From NCBI GenBank assembly GCA_003427395.1, contig BFEA01000040.1, positions 3,643,022 through 3,707,021 of the forward strand: 64,000 nucleotides of DNA. The letters are read 5' to 3'. The translations under genes and the position numbers were made by a program. The stretch comes from Chara braunii (lineage: Eukaryota > Plantae > Charophyceae). Positions 26,037 to 39,021 of this stretch are shown here, piece by piece; within the stretch, counting starts at the first letter, position 1, and every line of letters begins with the position of its first letter. Below the pieces are notes generated by a model. That model worked only from the letters and a program-made list of their open reading frames with translations, ran no database searches and was not told the DNA's origin.

Positions 26037-26119
26037 ATCTCAAAGCTCAGCCTACTGGACTCAAATGACTGGCGGCGCCAGCAAAGGAACATGAACATGA
26101 TAAAGCGTGTCTTCACACA

Positions 26120-27115
26120 AATGATTGGCTAATAGATAGGACCTCTTTGGAAGAGAAAGGCATTGCTTTACCTTGGTGTAAACTATGCTTCTCTGCGTTC
26201 CCATCTAGGACCATTCCGGAAACCATTGAACACATCTTCCTTCAATGTCCAGGTGCGGTCTGGCTTTGGCGATGGTGGGATAGGATAGGATTTGGAGTTC
26301 CTTAGACACCCCACTGACCTGGCCATGGGACTGGAGGGCGTTGTTATGCGAGACATGGTCCCTGGAGAAACTAGAAGACTTCACTCATAACCTATTTATA
26401 ACTGGCAGAAGAGCCGTCCTATGGGCCCTTTGGCAACGACACTGTACGTTTGAAATGGAGGGAGCAAGGCTGGATGGCCCAGATTTTACCGAGGTAATCA
26501 AGCTGCAGATACAAACTGTTATCACCACTCAATGGAACAAAGTTAAAGAAAGAATCAAATTCCTGTCAAATGAAAAAGAAATAGAAAATCATATCCAAAT
26601 ATTCAGTGGCGCTTGGCTAGGGGGGACTCAAGGAGGTAAGATTGGGCAGATCAAAGAGAGTGGGGTCAGGGGAGAGAACAGAGAAGAGCAAAGAAAGGAA
26701 GTCCAAGGGAACTACAGCCTGACATTCCATGATTGGACAAACGTGGACCCTACAGTACCCCTTTGCCCTCTTTCAGAGTTCCCTGATCCCTTCCCCCCAT
26801 CCTCATTAGCCCTGGTCTCCATGAGTTGGTTTGGCTGTGAATGAAGGAGGAAATGTTTTTTGGTATGCTGCAATCAGCTAGGAAATATTGTCTGTTCTGG
26901 CGGCCATGCACGGCTGAAGAGGCTGATCTTTCAAATTCTCAAGTTCTCAGTTTCTCAAACTTTTCTGAAAAACGCTGGACCCGGTTTCCAGCAGGTGCAG
27001 CTCCCCACCAATAGGATGGAGCCAACAGGCGGCCTGCTAGTGGTGGAGAAGGGTTTCACCATCCCTAGCAGAACCATCTGAGGTTTTTCAAAAAAAAAAA
27101 AAAAAAAAAAAAAAA
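26120..27115 (+). mobile_element. LINE 3' fragment
   Basis: ETIEHIFLQCP, WLGG, FHDWTNVDPTVPLCPLSEFPDPFPP; motif 26972-27023; poly(A) 27090-27115. Confidence 0.88.
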
Positions 27116-27254
27116 GCGCACACACCGTTCGTTTTTCATCGGCGCGCAGCACGAATCTGTATTGGGAAAAAGAGGCTCGGAAGTACTGGCGGTTAAACCT
27201 GTGCGCACCCAGTTTGATCCTCTCATTTTTTTGGGTTCAGAAGCCATGGCATAA

Positions 27255-27362
27255 CAGTCTTCACGGGAATAGACAGGCCCGTCATTATAGCTCCATCCGT
27301 ATCAGGGCCAGCTTCCAGTCCAGATGCAGCCATAATGAGAGGGTGTGTTATTAGAGTGACAG
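27255..27362. mobile_element. Decayed MITE related to 752-856 (another at ~28435-28535)
   Basis: gtcttcacgggaata..gtcattatag...cataatga inverted repeat. Confidence 0.5.
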
Positions 27363-28869
27363 TCAATTGTCAGTGGATTTCATGTAAATACTGGGACGAT
27401 GGACCTGTTTTCCAGCAGATGCTGCTCCCCACCAATAGATTGGAGCCATCCCTACTGCAACGCTCAATCTAGGAGATTCTCGCATCACCTCCTGGATAGA
27501 GGGGATGCCGTGTGATGTTTTATTGGGGGGAAAAAAAAGTGTGAGTTGGGGGGGAAAAAAAAGTGTGAGATGCTACTGAAGTAATGGATGAGATTGGGAA
27601 AGGGTTGAGGAAGTCTGATGGGCCCATAAGAACCAGGGGCGAGGTCCCACTAGCAAAAAGGACTAGCAAAAAGGATTGAATTGAACGGCTGAATGTGGGC
27701 ATGTTTGTGGAAAGGTGCAGAAAATCGAGATTGAGCTGCTTTTCTGTATCTCCACTTAAAATGTCCTCCCTTTCTTTTCTTTTTTTTTTGGGGGGGGGGG
27801 GGGGNNNNNNNNNNNNNNNNNNNNNNNNNNTCATTTTCTTTTTCTTGTGGGGGGGGGGGGGGCAACTAGTACAGAGAGCTCTGCCTAGAGACGTTATAAG
27901 AGCATCCTCTCTAATCAGGACCCTGCTTGTGAAGGCTCCATCTATTGGTGGGGAGAAGCACATGCTGGAGACCGGGTCCAGCATGCCTATACAGGATTGG
28001 GAAAAAGAGGAGTTCGGGATCTTCCCGGAAAAAAAACAAAAAGGAGTTCAGGATCTATTGATGTCCTCCCATTTGCCAAACATGAGTTTGGGAAGGTTAT
28101 TATCCCAAATGGACGATCGCCGTCCTTCCCATGATCCATCTGAGGATTTGGCGTATCCAAAATGAAAAAGGCCTCGCACAAGGGTTTATCCAAGGGATGG
28201 TAGACCCGGTTCCAGCAGGTGACGCTCCCCACCTATAGATGGAGGGAGCAGCCGGGCAGGTAGAGCCTCAATTCCGGTGGTTCTCTTAAACCGCCACTGG
28301 TCATAGAGGCCTTGCATAAGGGTTTTTGACATTTTAGTATTGAAAAAAAGGCCAATCACTGCCCGTGCCATGATAGATGAGTGAGGATTCACCGTAGCTA
28401 TTCCAAACAGGAAGTCATCTACGAGGGTTGGTTACTGGTGCTCACCAGAATGCAACGCTGGGTCATTATAGCTATTGGGGGTGCAGCTGTCAGTCTATAT
28501 AGAGCTATAATGACAGGGCATTCTATTGGGGTAATAGCCCTAGCAAGGCGGAGGGGCCACCAGAGTCATGGCTTCAATCCCTTCTTTTTCTTTTGGGAAA
28601 ACTAATCATCCCAAATTTTCATTAATCATCAGTGTAAGGGACGCTGGGCCGGTTCCCAACACGTGCTGCTCCCCACGAATAGATTGGACTCATTGGAGCA
28701 ATTATTTAAAAAAAAAAAGGGTGCAGTCAAGGTTATCAGTTTTAAATGCGTTTCAGTCATGGTTGTGCAAAGTTTGCTCCAAAGAGAGGAAAATAGTGAA
28801 TGTAGCCAACCCAGCTTTAGGGTTGGGTGGGGATGCGCAGTATTCGAGGGATACCGGAAGTGTGTTTAG

Positions 28870-30336
28870 AAATGAAAACTTGACTACCAATCCAATGGTT
28901 CAAGGAACAAAAGCACAAGCCCATGAAAATCACCTCCCTACAGTGGCAGATTGCCCACCGTTGTCTGCCAACCAATGACTGGCTAACCGATCGAACGAAC
29001 CTCGAACAAAGAGGCCTCTTGCTTCCATGGTGCCAGCGATGCCAGAGCCTCTTCCCCTTCCACAAGAAGGCGGAAACCATTGAACACATAAAATTTTTTA
29101 TTCAGTGTCCGGTTGCCCAATTCATATGGAGATGGTGGGATCGTATTTGGCAAAAAATGGAACCGGACACCCCCGGCCCTGGTCATGGCAAACCATATTG
29201 GTTGGACATTGGTCTCTGGCAGGGACAGCCACATCTTTTATAGAAAACATGTACAGAATCATCAGGAGGGCGGTGATGTGGGCACTCTGGTGGCAGAGGT
29301 GCACCCTGGCCATGGAAAAGGTACGGGTAGAGGGCGCAGAGATCACGGAACAAATACAGCAGCAAATACACCTTGAACTCACACGCAGATGGCGAGACAC
29401 AAAAGCACAGCTAGACCTTTTTCAACAGACTGGGGACGTCAGGAGAAGGATAACGGTATTTTGCATGGATTGGGTAGGGGGGGAAAGAGAAGGTTGGATT
29501 GCAAAAGTGGTATGGAACGGAGATCACGCAGAAGGGATGAGGGACTTGGAAGAGATGAGAGAGTATATGTTAGAATTCAAAGATTGGACTAATATAGAGA
29601 CCTCGTTCCCATTACGCCCTCCCTCGGATTTCCCAGACCCCTTCCCACCCCATGCCCTGTCCCTGGCAGAAATTTTGTCCTAAAAGCAATATCGATAACT
29701 TACCCTCCTCATACCCCTCACGACCATCATTCTACTTACACTTCCTCTAGATGCCCGCACGAGGAACTCCTCCTTAGTGCCCCCTGGGGAGGACCTCGCT
29801 CATTTACCAATGAGTGTCACACTCAACAAATGCAGTCAGCATTGGCAGTCATCAGACTGGGTTGGAGCAAGCAGCCGGTAAACAGTATCAGTCCCCAACT
29901 TCCTATCTGGCGCCCCCCTTCTGAGGGTGAAGAGATACAAAGGCAACAACAGTTTTCCAAGGTCTACACGTCTGCTCAGTTATTCCCCTGCTCTGCAGGG
30001 CAATCAATGCTGGCAGGCAACAGTAGTTCTCCACTCCCATAAAAGGCTGCACTTTTGGCTTTCACATGCACATTTGACTTTTACACAAGCCTGCTCAGTT
30101 AATCCCCTGATTCTGCAGGGCAATCAATGCTGGCAGGTCCCACAGCCACTCACAGTCACGGGTTTCAGATTTGTCCAAACTATTCTCTTCTCTGTAAATG
30201 GGACGCCGGACCCGATTTCCAGCAGGTGACACTCCCCACCAATAGATGGAGCCTCTCCTTCGGTGCTAGTGCAGTCTTCTTATCAGCAGCACTTGCACTG
30301 GAAGGGGTGTTTTCGTTTAAAAAAAAAAAAAAAAAA
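28870..30336 (+). mobile_element. LINE 3' fragment
   Basis: LQWQIAHRCLPTNDW..CQRC..ETIEHI..QCP, FKDWTNIETSFPLRPPSDFPDPFPP; motif 30200-30290; poly(A). Confidence 0.9.
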
Positions 30337-31035
30337 NNNNNNNNNNNNNNNNNNNNNNNNNNNNNNNNNNNNNNNNNNNNNNNNNNNNNNNNNNNNNNNN
30401 NNNNNNNNNNNNNNNNNNNNNNNNNNNNNNNNNNNNNNNNNNNNNNNNNNNNNNNNNNNNNNNNNNNNNNNNNNNNNNNNNNNNNNNNNNNNNNNNNNNN
30501 NNNNNNNNNNNNNNNNNNNNNNNNNNNNNNNNNNNNNNNNNNNNNNNNNNNNNNNNNNNNNNNNNNNNNNNNNNNNNNNNNNNNNNNNNNNNNNNNNNNN
30601 NNNNNNNNNNNNNNNNNNNNNNNNNNNNNNNNNNNNNNNNNNNNNNNNNNNNNNNNNNNNNNNNNNNNNNNNNNNNNNNNNNNNNNNNNNNNNNNNNNNN
30701 NNNNNNNNNNNNNNNNNNNNNNNNNNNNNNNNNNNNNNNNNNNNNNNNNNNNNNNNNNNNNNNNNNNNNNNNNNNNNNNNNNNNNNNNNNNNNNNNNNNN
30801 NNNNNNNNNNNNNNNNNNNNNNNNNNNNNNNNNNNNNNNNNNNNNNNNNNNNNNNNNNNNNNNNNNNNNNNNNNNNNNNNNNNNNNNNNNNNNNNNNNNN
30901 NNNNNNNNNNNNNNNNNNNNNNNNNNNNNNNNNNNNNNNNNNNNNNNNNNNNNNNNNNNNNNNNNNNNNNNNNNNNNNNNNNNNNNNNNNNNNNNNNNNN
31001 NNNNNNNNNNNNNNNNNNNNNNNNNNNNNNNNNNN

Positions 31036-34000
31036 GGCCTCTATCCTGGTGGTGGTAAGAGAACCACCGAGATTGAGGCTTTGCCTGGCGGGCCGCTCCA
31101 TCTATTGGTGGGGAGCATCACCTGCTGGAAACCGGGTCCAGCGTCCCTTAGATACATCTTTACAACATAGTGCATCATTGAAAGTGACGCCCTTGTGCTG
31201 GAAACTAGGTCCAGCGTCCCATATCCAATTCTATTACAACATAGTGCATCATTGAAAGTGACGCCCTTGTGCTGGAAACCAGGTCCAGCGTCCCATATCC
31301 AATTCCACTCTTCCACACCTATCCTGCAGCAGGGTCGGGTATTGGAGGGGAACACTGGGGGCCACCAGTGGAATCACCCTCCATCCCCTAACCCCTGCCG
31401 TCCACCAACTAACTTCAGGGCGCCAATGGTGTCAATATGCTGAACATATACTGAAAGATTTTATGCTGAGAATCGGGCTCAGCGTCCCAAGAAAAAAAAA
31501 AAACGCCCCGTCCCCCAGACACTCCTCTCCATCTGTTGGTGGGGACCGTCACCTGCTGGAAACCGGGTCCAGCGTCCCTTGGATAGCATATTGACATACC
31601 GTACATCATGAAAACGCGACGCCATTGCTGGGAACCGGGTCCAGCGTCCCATCTCAAGTCAATTCAACCAGCCAATTCAACTACCTGCAACTGCCTGCAG
31701 GGCAAAAACGGTCAGCAAGAAAAGAAACAACTGCTGAACCTTTGTTGAACATGACTCCGAGTATTCTGAATACGGAAGAACAGCAGGGAACAGTAGGAAA
31801 CTAGCAGGAAAACAGCAGAAGAACAGCAGGAGTTAGAGGGAGCCAAGAGATAAGAGAAGGAGCAATATCAGAAGCAGCAGAAAAAAAAGGCAGGAAACAG
31901 CAAATAGCAGAGAGAGCCAAGGAGGTTGAGAAAAGCGGACAGCGTAGAGTCTGCTGAGTCTGCTGAGTATATACTGAGTATAATATACCAACCAGCGTCC
32001 CAGCTCATGACAATGGCAGTGCTTCTACCAGGGACAACGGGTGGGGGGGGAAAGGGTCTGCGAAGTCCTGGGCTGGTCGGGGTCCACCTTGGTCCAGTCA
32101 TGAAAGATCAACTGATAATCTCTTACCATTCCCTCTCGGGGTTCCTCCTGTGGTTCCTCTTCAGACCGACAAGTCCCGGACCATTTTACCTCAGCCACCC
32201 ATCCCTCTCTTTCCCCTCCCAGCCAGTCTTTGCTGAAACAGGAGATAATCCTGTTCATGTCCCCCCAGGTATATGACAGATCAAGCTTGTCTTTAGCTGC
32301 TTTCCATTGGGTTGCAATTTCATGTTGGACCAATGATCGTACTTGTTCCATAGCTTCTCCGTCCTCTACTCGCGCCCCCTCTATCTCAAGGATACATCGT
32401 TTCCACCATATGGTCCATAGGATGCTCCACCTACCCAATTTGAACATATTTTCCGCAAATGTATTTCCCCGGACTTGAGGGTAATATCCTAAGAGTATGA
32501 CCCTCCAATCCCAAGACCATGCCGCACCAGGAACAATATGTCGCCAAATCCCATCCCAGCTTCTCCGTAATAGCACTGACGCAGGACATTGGAGAAAGAT
32601 GTTGTGGCAGCGCGTGGTGGACACGCGCGGAGATGGTGAGAGAGAGGAGAGAGAGGGAGAGGAGATGGACACACACATGAAGCAAGAGCTGAGTGGAGGT
32701 CCAGTCCGGCTCAATGAACGAACGAACCACCGAATGAATGAACCTGCCGCCCTGGACCTAGGCCGAAGTGATATACCGGCCTGGGTCCAGTAGCGGAATA
32801 ACCTGGTACCGGACCAGGGTCAGGCCGGCGGCCTGAAACTGGTCCGGCCTCCCTGCCGGGCCGGAGGGATACCGCTCCAGATGTGCTCAATAGTCTCCGC
32901 TCGCCTCATCCCAGGGAAGCCTTGAAGGCATTTGTGGCACCATGGCAGCGCTTCCCCTTGTTGTTCCAAACGAGTGTGCTCTATCAGCCAGTCATTGGTT
33001 GATAGACATCTGTGTTCTATTTGCCATTGCAGGGCCGAGATTTTGGGGGGTCTGCAGCTATAGAGAGCAAACCATCGGATGGGTTTAAGCAAGCTACGGT
33101 CTATGTTAAGATGGCGATACCATCTGTCTTCCACGCGGTCCCGCAGAAGCAAACCATCGGATGGGTTTAAGCAAGCTGCGGTCTATGTTAAGATGGCGAT
33201 ATCATCTGTCTTCCACGCGGTCCCGCAGTCTGCGTTTAGGTCTGAGCATTCAGAAGGCTGATTTTAGACTAAGTATAGTGTCAGTGTGTTTGCCTCCCCT
33301 TTCCTGGCCGGGTTGTCTTGATTCCATCGCCACTCATCTGGATCCAGGGGGAGGTCCTCGATTGGGATCATTGGGTGGTACACCTTCTAGTGGCATCCAT
33401 CCTCAATGACGCTGATGCGATACACACCCTTTCGTTCTTTCCATGTGAAGGGTTGTTGATTCCACTGTAATCTATCGTCCTTTTGAATGGAGAAGACTTT
33501 TATTGACACATGTGTTGGACCCGTAAGGTGCACGCGCCCACCTCCCTCTCAAGGTCGGGTAGCCCCACCCAATCTCCTTCCTTTATGCAGGGGCCTTTTT
33601 TGAGGATGGTGTACCAATGAAGGGGGGAGTTCTCGATGAGCTCGTTGAATGCCTTCTCAGTGAGATGCCAGTACCGCAGCCATGCACGTATCCTCTCTAT
33701 GCTCTTCCAGCTTCCCGCCTCCTTATCCCAAAGGTCCCCGACCCTTCGTACACCGTGTCTCACCCAACCTTTCCACGGGGCGTCCATGCTGGTCCGCACA
33801 CGCCCCCCCGAATCTGTTATTAGGCGGTTACCAAAAAAGGGTTGCCTGAATAATTCTTCCCACCTTTCTGGTGCCGGTCGAGATGGGGGGGGGAGTTTCC
33901 TCCATGTGCGTATAAGGTGCACCCATTGTCTGTCAGTTGGGTCCCCATTCCTATACTTCCTTGGTAACCTCCAGTACCTGTCTTCAAGCCATACTCGAGG

Positions 34001-34615
34001 GTCAATCTCTGGTGGGGTTTTTGGGGCCAGATCGAAAATTTGTGCCAGGGCTAGGGGGACTCATGGGGATGATGATGAGAAGACAATATGTTGAAACCAG
34101 CGAATCGTGAGGGCCTGACATTGTGTGGCCGGATCCACAATTCAAGGTCCTCCTCTACTCTTGGGCTGAATCACGGATTCCCACGCCACTCGGCTTATGG
34201 CGTGAGATTTGTTACTGTCGCCTCTCCAGAGGAAGGCCGCCAGCTGTTGTTTCAGTGCCTTGAGTCCCCCCTCACTCAAGGGCCATAGGATGGCCTTGTA
34301 CCAGAGCGTGGTTAGGGCCACGTTATTGATGACGAGTGCCCGTCCGAAGATGGAAGTGCGTTTGTTGTTCCATTTCTCCAATTTGGTCTGCGCCGGTCCG
34401 GCCAACCATTCGTCATTGGATGTTGGTTTCCCATTAGCGGTGACTAGTGCCCCCAGAATTCTCAGGGGATCGTCATGGACTCATGGGGGAGCCATGTGAT
34501 TTGTGGGTATTCCGGCGGTCTTCCGCTTTGGTGATGCATCCACCACCCTACAGTCTTCTGTCCCCAGTTCACAAACATATCTGATAGCAGGCAGAACTTG
34601 TTCATAAGCTGCTGA
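31036..34615 (-). mobile_element. 5'-truncated LINE (end of RT to 3' UTR)
   Basis: VNWGQKT, ALVINNVALTTLWY, QPKSRGG, QPFFGN, CHKC..ETIEHI/FLQCP, FHDWTKVDP; multiple 3' motif copies; 82-bp tandem duplication at ~33068-33226. Confidence 0.9.
32602..32878. mobile_element. GC-rich multi-hairpin insertion in LINE zinc finger
   Basis: Splits ETIEHI|FLQCP; agatgt present at both junctions. Confidence 0.7.
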
Positions 34616-34619
34616 GTGT

Positions 34620-35570
34620 GTGTGTCATATGTTGTCCTCTACCGTTTGCTCCCTTCATCGTCGCCGTTCGGTGGACCTACACCGTCGTCGTGGAGTTACG
34701 GCCATGTCGTACGTGTCCTTGATGGCCGACCTCTATCGAAGGCGGCCACTGGTGCTCCTAGTCACAATTTTGCTTCTCATGGTCCTGTTGTTCCACGTGT
34801 GCATCCTCTATCGTTAATGGTCGGCCTCTATCAAAGGTCTCCAGGACAGAAGACGAGGGATCAACACCGACTCCATTCGACATTGACATTGGCATCGCGT
34901 CCCGCAGGTGTTCGTCCACACTGGATGCAATCACCATCGCCCGAAAGACACGTGGCGACATACACAGCTTCTCCCAGAAGTACTCCTCCGTCACGTCATT
35001 GCATTGCCTGAGATCCTTCCACCCCCCCCCTGGCATCGCTCGTGGAAGAACACTGCAACCCATGGCACAGCAAACCTGAACTACAGCCTCGGTGATGGCC
35101 ACGGTATCCAGCCCTTTGACCGGGACTTGATGACGCGTCTTCCTCCTCCGCGGGCGAATCTGCGCTCTCATTCTATCCCATGTCCTCTCCTGTTGACAAC
35201 GAAAGAGCACGATCGTCACGACGGTCACGGCCGCCGCCACGACTGTCTTCTCCATCGTCGTCAACTTCGTATATACTTCGTCGCTGCCGCCCTCCGTCGG
35301 CACATGTGTTGCAATGCTCATGAACCATGAAATACAACAGCGTACGAACTCGCCACGACCACGAGAACCTCAGCGCCAAGTCGCCCACGACGTTCCCCTC
35401 GTTTGCTCAACTCCACACATACGTGCGGTGACAGGAGGACGCAATGGCGATGGACCTTCGCAGGGCGCTCACAAATTCGTGACGGATTACGACGGCTCTA
35501 CTGCGCCACTGCAAATGCCCGTTTCCACTGTCACCAGTATGAAAGTCACCTGCCCCGCATTGTCATCATG
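34620..35570 (-). mobile_element. PIF/Harbinger-like transposase N-terminal fragment
   Basis: W..L....EEYFWEKLCMSPRVF resembles the Harbinger F...FRMS...F motif; no DDE core visible. Confidence 0.45.
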
Positions 35571-35628
35571 ACATCCAACACCCAATTCGAAATTTTATTT
35601 TCGAACAGGGAGGTCCAGTGCTTCTTAA

Positions 35629-36460
35629 ACCACCAGTACCTCGCCCAGCTTGAAAAAGCCAACGTGGCCGTGAACGCACCGCGCCGGGCGGGGTACCCAC
35701 NNNNNNNNNNNNNNNNNNNNNNNNNNNNNNNNNNNNNNNNNNNNNNNNNNNNNNNNNNNNNNNNNNNNNNNNNNNNNNNNNNNNNNNNNNNNNNNNNNNN
35801 NNNNNNNNNNNNNNNNNNNNNNNNNNNNNNNNNNNNNNNNNNNNNNNNNNNNNNNNNNNNNNNNNNNNNNNNNNNNNNNNNNNNNNNNNNNNNNNNNNNN
35901 NNNNNNNNNNNNNNNNNNNNNNNNNNNNNNNNNNNNNNNNNNNNNNNNNNNNNNNNNNNNNNNNNNNNNNNNNNNNNNNNNNNNNNNNNNNNNNNNNNNN
36001 NNNNNNNNNNNNNNNNNNNNNNNNNNNNNNNNNNNNNNNNNNNNNNNNNNNNNNNNNNNNNNNNNNNNNNNNNNNNNNNNNNNNNNNNNNNNNNNNNNNN
36101 NNNNNNNNNNNNNNNNNNNNNNNNNNNNNNNNNNNNNNNNNNNNNNNNNNNNNNNNNNNNNNNNNNNNNNNNNNNNNNNNNNNNNNNNNNNNNNNNNNNN
36201 NNNNNNNNNNNNNNNNNNNNNNNNNNNNNNNNNNNNNNNNNNNNNNNNNNNNNNNNNNNNNNNNNNNNNNNNNNNNNNNNNNNNNNNNNNNNNNNNNNNN
36301 NNNNNNNNNNNNNNNNNNNNNNNNNNNNNNNNNNNNNNNNNNNNNNNNNNNNNNNNNNNNNNNNNNNNNNNNNNNNNNNNNNNNNNNNNNNNNNNNNNNN
36401 NNNNNNNNNNNNNNNNNNNNNNNNNNNNNNNNNNNNNNNNNNNNNNNNNNNNNNNNNNNN

Positions 36461-36551
<91 letters not shown>

Positions 36552-36726
36552 TGAGTGAACCTGTCACGATAATGAATCTTCCTCTTTTTTTTCTTTTTTT
36601 TTCTTTTTTTTTCTGGGATGTACTACCGGTTGTCCGAGGCTCGGCAATAAAGTATGAGGCTCGGGAATGATCGGGCTACTGGTAGTCCGAGCCTCGGACT
36701 TGATAGCTGAGCGAGGTACTGGTGGT
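35629..36726. mobile_element. TTAA-flanked non-autonomous element spanning a gap
   Basis: TTAA-accaccagtacctcgcccagct ... agctgagcgaggtactggtggt-TTAA; continuity across the N gap is assumed. Confidence 0.65.
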
Positions 36727-37299
36727 TTAAGGTTTGTTTTTTTCCCCCATTGCCAGCGCCTTTCAAATTTTCCCACCTTCGGCAGCTGGACCACACCGTA
36801 GCGAGACGGACATCACCAAATGAACCAAGGCATTGTCTCCCCCCCCCCCCGGCCGACTATAATATTATGAAAATGGTCGTCGTGGACCAAAAGGAATCGT
36901 CCTTGGAAGACCACCCGGAGGATAGGTGGAATCACGGCGGGAGTTTCCTTCAAATCTCCGAGGGAAACTTCCTTCTGCCTCGAGGACGCCACAAGGAGCG
37001 TCTAACGAGCGTCATAGCCTAGTAGATTCTGCCTATACAAATTTTCAGCGGGAACTTGCAAATACATTCGGGATTTCTCCCAGGGGTTGTGCTTCATCCG
37101 ATCTGAAGCCTCCACAGCCACGGTCAGACCATGTGGAAAAATACTCGAAAGGAGAAACAAACCTCCATTTGGCGCATGGCCCCGGTATGCTAATTGCTCT
37201 TGGAATTTTCGTAAGGGATGGTGGGCCCGGTTCCCAGCATGTGTTGCTCCCCACAAAAAAATTGGAGCAGAAAAAAAAAAAAAAAAAAGGAGGGAGAAC

Positions 37300-37636
37300 C
37301 AGGTTGTGGCCTCTTCGGCAATTTGGTTTTTTGTTTTTTTTCGGATGGCAGCAAGAAGAGGAGGACGGACAACCAAGGGCCGACATTATCAGGGCCTTCC
37401 AGCTGCATTTCCGAGACTGGACAACGGTCGACCCCAGGATGCCACTGAGGTCGGCAGCAGACTTCCAGAGGACTGACTGGGGCAGAGGAGGCATGGGTGG
37501 AGAATAGGACTCAGGTTTCGGAGCCCCCTGCGGACCCCGTAGCAGCATTCGTTCATCTCCGCACTCCTCCCTCCCGGTCATCCAAAGGATAGGTCTGTTA
37601 TTCTCGGCCGGATAATGGCCTTGGTATATCTGATGG
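37300..37636 (+). mobile_element. LINE 3' fragment split by the Gypsy element (continues 47408-47481)
   Basis: FRDWTTVDPRMPL; decayed 3' motif just right of the 3' LTR. Confidence 0.65.
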
Positions 37637-39008
37637 TGTAATGACCCGTTAAAACACAGACTGAGAACAGTGCTGATTTCTGAAGTTCTGCCAATGGAAT
37701 GGATGCCTTGCTGAGATTCCCGCATTCTGCTGTGATTTCTAAGTTGTCTATATGTGCGTGCTTGTGACCTGCGTGCCTGTCTGAGTGTTTGTCGGTATGA
37801 GTGTGTGTGTGACCCGCAAGGGTACTTGCTTGTTTGGTAGGCCCGTAGGGCGGGTACTTACCTATGGCCGTGGCATTGAGGGTTGTAGCAGGGAAAAACA
37901 CTCAAGTGGCGAAGCTAGCGGCCCCGTGGCCCTTGGGGTAGCGGAAAAACACTCAAGTAGGCCGGTAGGCCGATACTACACCCCACTGCAGTTGGCGTGA
38001 AGGGGTACTGGAGGCCGAGCAGAAAAAGACAAAGTTGGCATTTTTAGAGTCCAGTAGCGGTAGGGTAAGTCGAGGCCGGTACCAGTCCAACCAGTCTGAG
38101 TCTAGAGCCTGTACGGGTAATATCAGGGTCTACAATGATGTTTCCCTCCGAAACGGAGGAAGTACCGGTTGCTTGGAGAGGCCGAGCGGCCTGGAAGTCA
38201 ACGCCCAGGAGGCAAGCAGGCCGCTATATCAAGAGGCCAGGCGGAGAGCCCAGCCTCATTCTTCAGTGTGCAAGTTTGGCGACACGCTGCCAGAGCGCTC
38301 GCTGGAGTGGCGCTGGGTACTACAACTTTGCTGGGAGGAAGAAGCCGGGACCTCCCACCTTGGCTATGGTGGAGCTCTACCGGTAGGAGGAGGAGGGAGA
38401 AGGGGACCAAGGGGGAGAGTGGGGAGGTACTTACTGGCTATGGTAGACACCATCTTCATCTCCTTGCTAGGCGCTGCATCAGGAAGGCCCCAGTCGGGGT
38501 AGTGCCGCATCAAGAAAGCTCGGGACAGAGTCAGGCATGGTGGCTGAGTGAGCAGCGACATAGCTGCTTGGTGATGACCTTGAAGTGGGGCAGCGGCATA
38601 GCTGCTTTGGGTTGTCCTTTGGACGGGAGGCTGAAGCCTCAGTAGTCCACCATAGCCTCGGCCTGCATGTAGAGGAAGAGGAAGGGTTGCCATGGCTATG
38701 GTGGACCTCATGTTGAGCCTGCAGTAGAAGTGGGATTCGGGCATTGATTCTGGTTCAGTCATTCAACATTATTATTGTTATTTCTTGTTTGAATAAGAGG
38801 GAGGAGATAAGGAGGAAGGGATTGATTGGCGAAGAAGAAGAGCCTTGACGTTGGTCTATGCTGGAGTACATCATCATCTTCTTCTTTCTACCCTTTTTCT
38901 TCTTCTTCTTTACCTCTCTTTCCTCAAGTTCATTCATTTCTTTTTGCAATTGGATGGCATTGTACTTTCAGATGAATGTATACTTCGAAATTGGCCAGGA
39001 TCGTAACA
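37637..39008 (+). repeat. 5' LTR
   Basis: tgtaatgacc...gatcgtaaca; highly similar to 46020-47407. Confidence 0.97.
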
Positions 39009-39009
39009 T

Positions 39010-39021
39010 TGGTATCGGAGC
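39010..39021 (+). promoter_or_regulatory. Primer binding site (tRNA-iMet)
   Basis: tggtatcggagc, one mismatch to TGGTATCAGAGC, 1 nt after the LTR. Confidence 0.9.

Noticed and set aside
34307-34325. cgtggttagggccacgtta resembles the 5' end of the env25 pistol ribozyme as I recall it
   Set aside because: It is the antisense of LINE codons (NNVALTTL), and the remaining pistol elements are absent; treated as coincidence
30127-36567. Long ORFs in the track spanning N gaps or microsatellites
   Set aside because: Artefacts of gaps and simple repeats
38035-38762. ORFs inside the LTRs
   Set aside because: Frames and lengths differ between the two LTRs and no domain is recognisable
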